64,000 nucleotides of DNA from the NCBI RefSeq assembly GCF_020745735.1, contig NC_083411.1:94164328-94228327 (forward strand). The letters run 5' to 3'. The DNA comes from Hemiscyllium ocellatum. Lineage: Eukaryota. Both the position numbers and the translations under genes were made by a program. Positions 50,004-59,879 of the stretch are shown piece after piece. The notes under the pieces are model-generated. The model saw only the letters and a list, made by a program, of their open reading frames with translations, was not told the origin of the DNA and did no database searches. Numbering within the stretch: position 1 is the stretch's first letter; each line of letters opens with the position of its first letter.

Positions 50004-50121
50004 CTTGGGGTCTACTGATTTATCTACATCAGCTGCTTTTTCTTCAGTCGGTACCGGTCTCTTGGGTTTCTTCTGTACTCCTGCATTATCCTGATGCTCC
50101 AGAGGAGCTTTAGGTTCTGTA
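50004..50121 (-). CDS. CCNB3: Cyclin B3 coding exon 4
   Basis: ccttcag|T..(S)TEPKAPLEHQ..DKSVDPK|gtaaac. Open frame; its entry completes the split codon of exon 3 and it exits in phase 0. Poorly conserved region. Confidence 0.8.
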
Positions 50122-50930
50122 CTGAAGGAAGAAATCAGAAGAATGGAATTCTTTAGTACTCTGCATCATCCATTGTGTAATTAATAAGTCTGTCACTAGC
50201 ATCACAAGTCAATTTCAATATCTTTAGAAGAATACCTAACATGTTTCTCTACAAGATTCCTCAATCTCAGCAGTATCCTGATTAATCCAAAACTTTATTA
50301 AAATCAGTAATTCAAATGTTAACAAAGCTGGATCATATTTTACACAGTTAAAGTTTAGCTATGGTATTGAACTAAAAGTGTTGTATAGAATCCAAATTAA
50401 ACTTTCATGCAGTAAATGAATGAAAATTAAATGTAATTTACAGAAGAATGATATATAGATGGACATGTTAATCACTTACAAAAAGGTATTATTGTCTTTC
50501 ATCTGTTTGTACACACATACAAGTGTATAGTTATGAACATTTAAATTTAGAAACAAAAAAAATTGAGATATAGTGTCCTACTACCTTTTTTGGGTCTGGA
50601 ACAGTTTGCAATTATACCAAAATTATTAACATCTCAAACTGAACATCTTGGAATGATAAAGAAAAATTCCAGCGGTATTCAAATGTAGCAGCTAAGAGAT
50701 TACCAAGAAATTGTGCCAGCTAAACATTCAGCCCTCAACCACCAGAGAAACAAAATAACTCCTCTCGCATCTCAAATTTTGGTTGAGGGATGCTCCTGCC
50801 ACTTGCCTTAGTTACTACAGTTAAAGCAACTTGAAAAATACAGAAATTGCAATATGGTGCTATACAAAAAATGTGAACACTGACATATACTCAGAACTCA
50901 AAACATTGAACCCAGAAAGAGGACTTTCAC

Positions 50931-51049
50931 CTTTTTAAATTATTCTCTTCATTTTTCAAGGTTTCTTGTGCAATGACACTTTTTTGAGTTTTCTTACCCA
51001 CCACCTTCCCAGCTTTTTTCTTCGAAACCTGATCTTGACCTTGTTTGGC
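50931..51049 (-). CDS. CCNB3: Cyclin B3 coding exon 3
   Basis: aatag|AKQGQDQVSKKKAGKVVGKKTQK..NNLK|gtgaaa. Lys-rich; ends in phase 2. Confidence 0.85.
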
Positions 51050-51210
51050 CTATTAGCAGTGAAAAGAAAGGTTAGGATAAGATATTAGTTAAACAACACA
51101 CTTCCTCTAGTCAAGTTGTTAAAAACTAAAAGAGGTATAAAACCCATTTATTTTGGACAGAAGGGTGGTTTCACCCATATTAAAGAAAGCAATCCAGTCA
51201 CAGAACTTAC

Positions 51211-51294
51211 ATTTGTGAGATCTTCAAAAGCGGATCTCTTCTTGGGCCCACCTTGGGGCGATGAAGGGGAACGTTTGATATGAAGGCAATCATC
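51211..51294 (-). CDS. CCNB3: Cyclin B3 coding exon 2 with destruction box
   Basis: DDCLHIKRSPSSPQGGPKKRSAFEDLTN contains the cyclin B3-type D-box RSAFxDLTN. Confidence 0.95.
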
Positions 51295-53260
51295 CTGAAA
51301 GGGAGATGTAGGAATTAGTATGCAATTGAAATCAAAGCATTGGCCATTAAAAATCTATGCAACTTTCCAACAGCTACAGTGCTAGAAAAAGAATATTTAT
51401 TACTGATTGTGGACAATACAGAAAGAGGCCCTTCAGCCAACTCATCCACAGAGACCAGGCTTCCTAACTGAAAATCCTATTTGCCAGCATTTGGCACATA
51501 TATCCATACACTTGTCCAGATGTCTTACGTGTGGTAATTGTACCTGCCTCTACCAATTCCTCTGGCAGCATTTTCCACATGCTTACCACCCTCAGAAAGA
51601 AAGTTTATTTTCGCCTTCACATTAATTTGCTTCTCAACAAACCTGACACTTCCTCAGGCAGAAACAGTAAATAAGCTACATGAATCCTGACTTCCACTGA
51701 TACTGTTCAGGGTAACAAATGCAAGGAACCACCTTGGCTAAGACTCTTAAATAAAAAAGAGGGAATTAATATGCTAAACCACGGAGAGTTGTTTATTAGC
51801 TGCTTTAGTAAATCAAATGAAGACAAACTAAAATAGATAATCTTACATTTCAAATTTTGGATTATAAAACATTCAAGAAAAACAAAACATTTGTTTGTGA
51901 AGGACTTGTATAATGCCAGGATTGCAAAGTCAAAACTGAATTGTATTTCGAAAGTACACTTGGACCAATCCCATTAAAAACAATGGGGCCGATTTTAACG
52001 GTCTTAAAATATATCACTATATCAGAATTAGCTTTCCGCTTCCAATCTGATGTTAACAGCATTCTAAAGCCCTGAGAAAATTGAATTTTGTTCAATATTG
52101 GAATGTTCATCCCCAATTGTCTTTGAACAGAATGGCTTGTTTCAGAGGGCAGTTCAAAGTCAAATGTTACTGTGGATCTAGAGTTACTTGTATAGCCAGA
52201 TCAGAGGATGGCAGATTTCCTTTCCTAGAAAGGAAACATTCGGGAACAAGATGGGTATGTACACCATCAGGCTAACTTTTTAAATCGCAGATTTTACTGT
52301 ACTCAGAATTTGACCATTTGCCATAGTGGGATTTAAAGCCACGTATCATGAATATGAACCCGGAGCTCTAGATTAGGAGAAAGTGAGGGCTGCAGATGCT
52401 GGAGATCAGTCTAGATTAGTCTAGTGATATTTCTGTTATGCCACTGCCTCCCCCAAAGTAAAATGACGAGCAAGTGTTTCTGGAAAGATTATTTGAAACC
52501 TTCTTGCATCTGAAGTGAAGTATGTAACAATGATGCTAAATACTTCGTTTAGAAGATTAATATCAACACACATCTTCAGAGCCAATTTGTCCACGTTGAA
52601 GAATATGAGAGCATCATTCCAACAATCTAAAATGCTAGCATCTTTTGAAGTAATAATGATATTGTTACACATTTCCAACATTATATGTTATTACTCAATG
52701 CTGTGTCTTGGTCAGCATCAAACCTGTCCTCAAGAACAAGTGGAGTTAGTTACAACGGATTCTGAATTCTTTAGTGAAGCATTAGAGTTTCCAAAAACTA
52801 CAAGAGCAACCTCTGCCAGCAAAACCAATTTGCTAAAAGCTATTTTCACAGTGAAGTCCAGATGTGTCCAAAAGGTATAACACCATAACTCATACTCCAA
52901 GAGGAGGTCAAGAAGCCACAGGTGAAAAACAGCTACAATTCAATCTTACAGGACTTGTATTATTTTCAAACAAAACATTAAAACTTGCCAACGTGCTGAA
53001 CAATGCAACACTGATGTAAGACAAACTTGTAAACATCAAAAGGAGGAAGTCATCTCCAACATACCGTCAATATTAAATACACAACTTAGGACCAATTTTT
53101 GCTGCAAAACAATGGACAAACTACTCCAGTTTGAGGAAGGCAAACATCTAGAATTTGAAAAAGGATGCAATTGTCCAAACGCAAGTATATTTAATACAAA
53201 GTTCAGCAAAATGTCACAAGCTACACAATGTGTATTGAAAAAAGGATGTATTACACACCG

Positions 53261-53337
53261 CTGGAGCAGGTGGGACTGGAACCCAGGCCTTCCACCTCTG
53301 AACAAGGAGGCCTGGGTTCCAGTCCCACCTGCTCCAG
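53261..53337. repeat. Perfect 30-bp inverted repeat with 17-nt loop, SINE B-box derived
   Basis: ctggagcaggtgggactggaacccaggcct (53261-53290) is the exact reverse complement of 53308-53337. Confidence 0.95.
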
Positions 53338-54087
53338 ACATCTATAATATCTCAAGGGGATTAGAAAATATCTACCTTGGAAACAAATCAGTGGAAACAG
53401 GTGTTTGGGCTGTGCAACAGCTGCTACTCTGCTAGAACAATTCAAATTTAAGCATGTGACCAGATTTAATTGCAAATTTTGCCATAATTAATCATAGGTC
53501 TTTATAACTGATGAACCTTTGAAGTTTAACATTGTTTCTCAACCCATATCCAAGACATTTAAATCTCACTTTTAGATATAGGAGTATAATTTAGGTCAAG
53601 TTCTACTTTACAATATAGGAAGTTATGTTGACATTCATCCAACTTCAGACTCAAACTAAGGGACTCAATTTTAAAAAACAGAAAATGGTGGAAATAATTA
53701 GCATTTCAATTTTTGCAGGGAGGGAAACTAAATTAACCTTTCAGATAGTTGACAGTTCATTAGAATGCTAACCAGAAACGTTAAATTTGTTCCTCTGTTG
53801 TTGTATGGTCTCGAGTATGTCCAGCAATCTATGATCTTTCATATTTTACAGTTTAGGAGATTTCCTGCTGTTGTTAGCCAAGATTCAGTTAGATCAACAG
53901 ATCGAAAGTAGACTTTCAAATATAAACATATACCACACTGCTGATTTCCTTCCGTTTAAAACCAAACAAACATTCTTCCTACAGAAAATACCTGTTGTGA
54001 CATTATCTAACGTAATAAAAATTGATGCTGTTGCTTAATGCACAATCTGGAATGCTTGCTGATGGCTTTTTAAAACGACCCTAATCT

Positions 54088-54088
54088 A

Positions 54089-54133
<45 letters not shown>
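54088..54133. repeat. (TC)n(AC)n compound microsatellite
   Basis: Direct reading. Confidence 0.95.
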
Positions 54134-54134
<1 letters not shown>

Positions 54135-54180
54135 CCTCTCAGGTTTTTTTTTAAAATGGCATTTAAGATAATGCTCTTAC

Positions 54181-54252
54181 CTTCTCCGTTATAGAAGGTT
54201 CCTTCCCAAATGATCTACATTGAGGGTTATTTGCTTCCGAGGCTTGCGGCAT
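54181..54252 (-). CDS. CCNB3: Cyclin B3 coding exon 1 (exon begins 54265 after an acceptor, implying an upstream UTR exon)
   Basis: MPQASEANNPQCRSFGKEPSITEK|gtaag, preceded by a pyrimidine tract and ttcag acceptor. The spliced CDS is 1236 nt = 411 aa. Confidence 0.8.
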
Positions 54253-54844
54253 TGCTCCGGCAAGCCTGAAGGAGGGTGGGGGAAAGAGGGAAGGTAGGGA
54301 AGTAAAGGACCAGATAACCTAAGGAGAAAAAAGTGAAAAGTTAACATTTGATTAGTGGGAGAAGAAGACCTGGAGTTCTATTATTTGCCATAATATCATA
54401 CTATAACAAAACGACACTCATTTAGCAAATACATATGGTCGCATCCCACATGCTGTTGACTCTCTAATCGAAGTGCAGTCCTCTTGGGATTTGTGCGTGC
54501 GTGGGAGAAGGGGAAGGTGGGGGAAAAGAGGAATAGTAGGTCCACGTACAGTAAGTAATTTGCAACAAATGCATCATTGCTAAATGCAACCAGACCGAAT
54601 GAAACGAGCGGCAGCAATTCACTAACCTGCTGAAACTCCAACTTTGTGGGAGCGATGCTGATTGAAAACAGCAGACTGGGTGAGAGACTCTAAATGCAGA
54701 GAGTTGAGGAAGGAGCGTTGCTGCAAGTACAGGACAGCGCGATTACCCGTGCTCTGTTAAAGGTGTAAGTTAGTGGGTATTAAACAGTGGAGAAACTCCT
54801 GACTCCACACACACCGCTCACTCTCCCTGCCCCGCACACCTTGT

Positions 54845-55015
54845 CTTTTTGAAAAGTGCGGCATAGCCCCTAGTTTTCCACTATTGGCTGCAGGCTAGTC
54901 AGAGCTGGCCAATCAGAACGCCGCCAGGATGCGTTGCGAGTTCGCAGTTGCTATGGGAGGAGCCTTTTTCAAAATGGAACGCGCCTGACCAATGAGGGGA
55001 GAGGGGCGGGGCTCG
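54845..55015 (-). promoter_or_regulatory. CCNB3 promoter: CCAAT boxes, GC box, CHR elements
   Basis: ATTGG 54883-54887, CCAAT 54909-54913 and 54989-54993, GGGGCGGGG 55003-55011. TTTGAA at 54848-54853 (+) and 54968-54973 (-), the latter preceded by GGCGCG. Confidence 0.65.
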
Positions 55016-55221
55016 GTGAGTGGGTGGCAAAGGCAACTTGTCTCTTTAAAGGCAGAGCAAGCCAGCAAGAGAAGGCAGCTGCAACTCTCTCCACTCTGGT
55101 GGTATCTGAGCGAGAGAAAGGGGGGAAATAATAATCCCGCAAAAAGAAACAGTTCATATTTAGAGTCTAGTATGATTCTTTATCAGAACATTACCTTGTT
55201 GCTGCCTGCTGCTGAGTCTGC

Positions 55222-55436
55222 TGCAAATGTGTTGCTGGTCAAAGCACAGCAGGCCAGGCAGCATCTCAGGAATAGAGAATCTCCAGCATCTGCAGACCTC
55301 ATTTTTTATCTCCAGCATCTGCAGACCTCATTTTTTGAATTCTCTATTCCTGAGATGCTGCCTGACCTGCTGTGCTTTGACCAGCAACACATTTGCAGCT
55401 GTGATCTCCAGCATCTGCAGACCTCATTTTTTACTC
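55222..55436. mobile_element. Penelope-derived fold-back insertion with exact 13-bp TSD and internal 29-bp tandem repeat
   Basis: Arms at 55222-55280 and 55339-55397. atctccagcatctgcagacctcatttttt x2 at 55279-55336. TSD ctgctgagtctgc at 55209-55221 / 55437-55449. Confidence 0.85.
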
Positions 55437-55610
55437 CTGCTGAGTCTGCCCAACATTTCCTGTTTTCCTGGCATCTATTGTATTCCACATTTATTTAACA
55501 ATGAAAACATCGGGGAAGGAAGGCATATGTTAAATAAACGAATGAGAGGGCGGCAGTTCCAAATGATGTTTCTTAACGGCATATTATTTCATTATATTTG
55601 CATTTGATAT

Positions 55611-55740
55611 ATTCCTGATGAAGGGCTTATGCCTGAAACGTCGACTCTCCTGTTCCTTGGATGCTGCCTGACCTGCTGCGCTTTTCCAGCAACACATTTT
55701 TCAGCTCTGATCTCCAGCATCTGCAGACCTCACTTTCTCC
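55611..55740 (+). mobile_element. Penelope-derived monomer beginning with an intact minimal hammerhead motif
   Basis: AUUC-CUGAUGA-A-GGGC(UUAU)GCCU-GAAA-C-GUC^GA (55611-55644), followed by the family 3' end ctgcagacctcactttctcc. Confidence 0.8.
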
Positions 55741-56264
55741 TTTGGTATATCATAGTAAAATATAATATGAACACATTAGCATTCAATTAATACAATTTAT
55801 AACCTTTTTTTTGCTCCCTGATTGATTCCAGTCTAGATGTTATTTACTTTGTCCAGAGTGTTTGTTGGTTCAATGAAAACTCCAATGTGAATTCTAGTCA
55901 ATAGTTGAACAGAATCCTGCACATGCATGAACTATAATTGCTTCCGTCAAAAACAATTCCTTGATGTGAATTGAGGATTCATAGCAGGTACATTTACATA
56001 CTTTGAAAAAATGTTGCATTATTGATTTTTTTTAACCCTTGCAGTTGCTTGATTTGAAGTAAAAGGAATTGCGGATACTGTAAATCAGAAGCAAAACCAG
56101 AAATTGCCGGAAAAGCTCAGCGGGTCAGGCAGCACCTGTGCAGAGAAGTCAGTGTTAAAGTTTTGGATAGAGTACCATTCTTCTGAATCTGATTTGATGT
56201 ATTTTGTTTGGTGTTTTGTGTCCTTAATTATCAGATAGTGACAGTTGATACTTACTGGGACATA

Positions 56265-56636
56265 ATGGTATGGAGGTGCCAGTCTTGGACGGGGGTGTAT
56301 AAGGTCAGAAGTCACGTAGCACCAGGTTATAGTCCAACAGTTTGTTTGACATCACAAGCTTCTGGAGTGCTGCCCCTTCATCAGGTGAAGCGATGGAAGG
56401 CATACAGGCACAGAATTTATATGCAGAGAGATCAAGTGATCATACAATGGTGTGAGTGGAATGTCAAATAATAAGTATCTGCAGGTGATCAAAAATGTCA
56501 GACGTGTGAGTAAAGTGTCATTAGTTGAATAATAAGTAAAATGGATGACATATAATCCAATTAATTGAGGTAGAGACATAATTACAACAACTTAAAAATA
56601 AAGTGCTGTTGGAGACAAACCAAATGGCTAGAATAA
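56265..56636 (-). mobile_element. Second-family Penelope 3' UTR/pLTR with degenerate hammerhead
   Basis: Minus strand CAC-CTGATGA-AGGGGCAGCACTCC-AGAA-GCTT-GTG (56353-56387). Terminus homologous to 28135-28220. Confidence 0.65.
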
Positions 56637-56729
56637 CATTCTTACCAGATTGCTATTCACTAAGGATTGGATCAGCATTTGCTGGTGTCAGCAGCAATGG
56701 CTCTATGATTAATAACAGGTCATCTTCAG

Positions 56730-57068
56730 ACTGAGAGTCTGGGCTTTTCTCATGCTGTTTTTATACTATGGAGATTTTTGTTCGACACTTCGGTTTCTGC
56801 ACTTCTGTTGTATGTTGATTGTGTTTCTTCCTCAAACCAGTTCAATGGCCCTCTTTTGCTTCAGTAGTTTTGGAAATAGTTTCTCTGGCTGTACCAGGCT
56901 CTTCAGGTGGGTAAAAGGAACCCCCCCCAGCTCCCCTCCTCATAAACCCAGGAAGACAACTGTTTCAATTTTTTTAGTTTGAACAGAATATTGAATTTTC
57001 TCTATGTAGTCATTCCAGTTCTCTGTATTTCCATCATACAGTTTGATGGAACCAAAATTTCCCACCAT
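56730..57068 (-). mobile_element. Ty3/Gypsy gag N-terminal remnant
   Basis: MVGNFGSIKLYDGNTENWNDYIEKIQY..VVFLG..FTHLKSLVQPEK resembles the Gypsy gag pattern FDxxxEDWxxYxERL..LxxLxxPxKP. In-frame stops present. Confidence 0.55.
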
Positions 57069-58002
57069 TTCTTTTTAAATTGGAAAGGCCTACATAGCAT
57101 AACATATCACAAAAGAAAGCATTACTTTGCTTCTCCTTATTTAAAACAAAGTACTCCTATATCTTTCCAAGTGTCAGCTCATATCATTTCCCTTCATATA
57201 GGATATTCCTTATTCATGGCATTTATTAATAGTAGAGCATTTGCCGAGCTTCTTTTACACTGTTCACCTCTTCCCTGGGGTGAACGTTTTTTTGTACTGC
57301 TGCAGTATGGAGATGGATTTATTTTCTTCTTTTTATCAAAGTGCCTCCAAGATCTTCTGTTTTTGATAAATCAATGGATTGACCCTGTGAATCTCAAAGC
57401 AATTTTCATTCTTGTTGTCAGTTTACTTCTTGTTTTATATATCAAGAAAGACCAGGAGGCCGAAACGATATACAGCAGGAGGTTTTGTTATGGAGATGTT
57501 TACTCTACAAGCAACAGATTAAACTGAACTGTTTCCTGTCCAAAATAGCCGATGACATTGTGGTATTAAAGATTTCAGAAATTAATAACTGTTCATGGAT
57601 TAAATAAATCAACAAGGATAAACATACACATGGAAAGCAGCAATAATTCTGCCTGCACTAAGCTGTTAACGAACAAAGACAGGTGATTGCATAGACACTG
57701 AAAACAATTAGCCATGTCTTGGGAAGGGAGTCAAGAATACATAAACAAAACTGCTTTGATACCTGTTTGATAAACTTGATGCTTTACTGCCACAGAAGAC
57801 AAGGATTGCTTTGCAGAAGAATTTAAGGAGTTAATCACTGGAAACAGACAGTTAAGACCAAATGTAAAATGTAACGAAAAAGTTACTTCTCATAAGGAAA
57901 CAAGCTGCAGTCTCAAGGACTCTAGGAGATTAATCAATATTTTGAATGAAAAGACTTGAAGTAATTGCACAGAGGCTAGTGGGGAGATTCCGAATCTCCT
58001 GG

Positions 58003-58350
58003 CTTTTTTATTTTATTAAACAGTACAAAATACAGTGAACAATAAACAGAAAGCAGCAGTTTATAAAAAAAAACGACTATGTACAAGGCAAAGGGCAGCA
58101 AAGCCAAGCCCGGCTGTTCAACCAGTTTTCAGGGAGATGAGGACAAACCTCAAATCCCACTTCCGTTCATCACAAAGATAACAGTAACAAACACAGTCAA
58201 GACAGTGCAATCAAATGAGAAACAGTGCATAGAACACAGACCCAATATAGCTATAAAAAAGACATCTGACACCTGTCCACAAAACATACTGATCAGACCA
58301 TCCTTGGCTAGCCTTCCTGCAGGACAATGCTCAGCCTTCCCATCTCTGGC
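58003..58350 (-). mobile_element. Probable 3' UTR of another L1/Tx1-like element
   Basis: T-rich minus-strand tract ending AATAAAATAAAAAA, abutting the Tx1 stack. Confidence 0.4.
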
Positions 58351-58359
58351 CACCCTGCA

Positions 58360-59140
58360 TACTGAACCTTCTGTCTATTTGTTTTTTTTTTCTTCTTTTT
58401 TTCACTCCTGTCTATCTTTTTTGCTCTTTTTCTTCCTTTCTTTCCCCTTACACTACCACCTGATAGTGGTAGTGTTTATTTCTCCCCAGCATCCATGTCG
58501 TGTGTATGCAGGTATTGGACACAGTGAAAAACAACAAGTGTGTAAATCTTTATTTTTATTCCAACACCAGGAAGAAAGGAAACACGCTTCTCAAAGGGCA
58601 ATGCTGCATGATCAAACAGTGGAGGGGAGGGCAGGGATTAAATCAAAATAGAGTTGGAGGGGGAAATAATACACTCCACTCCCTGCGGGCCCACCTTTCC
58701 CTGAAAATCTCAGGGGTGTTGATGGACACCACGTGCTCCTTCTCCATGGACACCCAGGCTCTGACATAACTGTGGAAGAGGGGTAGGCAATCGGCCCTAA
58801 CGACCCCCTCCATGGCACACTGCCTGGGCCTGTTTATGGACAGTTTGGCCACACACAGGAGCAGACCTATGGGGTGTCCTCTGACCTACCCTCACCCCTC
58901 CACACCCAAGACCAGGAGCGTGGGACTGAAGTGCAAGCAAACACAGAAAAGAAGGTTTATTGAGAAAATCAAAAAGGGAGTGCAAGTGTCCATACCCAAT
59001 ATATGCATGGTCCACGGACTCCACAGGACCATAGAACAAGCAGTTGGGCTGGGGGTCCGTGACGCGCACAATCTGCGGTTGCAGGCTACTGCTGCATGCA
59101 GCACCCTCCAACCCAGATCCCTGAGCGAATAGGGGAGGAC
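58360..59140 (-). mobile_element. Tx1-like retrotransposon 3' end, copy C
   Basis: GWRVLHAAVACNRRL..ESVDH..EGVVRADCLPLF C-terminus, TAA at 58638-58640, 3' UTR and A-rich tail. Confidence 0.85.
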
Positions 59141-59863
59141 TACTGCTTAATTGCAGTAGTGCATATTATTATTGTTTTCCCCCAGCACCCATGCTGTGTG
59201 TGTAGGTGTGAGACACAGTGAGAGACACAAGGTGTATGAATCTTTATTCAATTTCCACCACCAGGAAGAAAGGAAACACCCAAGTGGGCAGTGACAAGCA
59301 GTGCCCTTCTCATCAAAGTGCAATGCTTTGTGATCAAACAGTGAAGGGGAGGGCAGGGATTAAATCAAAATAGAGTTGGAGGGGGAAGATAATGCACTCC
59401 ACTCCATCTGAGCCCAGTTCTCCCTGAACAGCCCAAGGGAGTTGCTGGACACCGTGTGCTCCTTCTCCAGAGACATCTGGGCTCTAATGTAACCGCGGAA
59501 GAGGGGCAGTCAGTCGGCCCTAACGACCCCCTCCACGGCCTGCTGCCTGGACCTGTTAATGGCCAGGCCCAGGAGCAGACCCACCAGGAGGTCTTCAGAC
59601 CTGTCCTCCCTCCTCCGTACCGGATGCCCGAAGATCAGGAGCGTGGGGCTGAAGTGCAACCAAAAACAGAGGGGGAGGTTTTTAAGAAAATCAAAAAGGG
59701 AGTGCAAATGCCCACACCCAATATATACATGGTCCGTGGACTCCACAGCACCGTAGAACAAGTGGTTGGGCTAGGAGTCCATGAAACATCGCAAGCTGCG
59801 GTTGCAGGGGACCGTTGCGTGCAACACTCTCCTCTCCAGATCCCCAAGGAAAAAGGGAGGACC
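59139..59863 (-). mobile_element. Tx1-like retrotransposon 3' end, copy B
   Basis: Homologous to copies A and C; TAA at 59360-59362. Confidence 0.85.
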
Positions 59864-59879
59864 ACTGTTGCATAGAGAG

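Noticed and set aside
57190-57340. Possible duplicated CCNB3 D-box exon (KKRSPQGRG..KRSS on the minus strand)
   Set aside because: Only a few residues match, there is no RxxFxDxxN motif, and there are no convincing splice sites.
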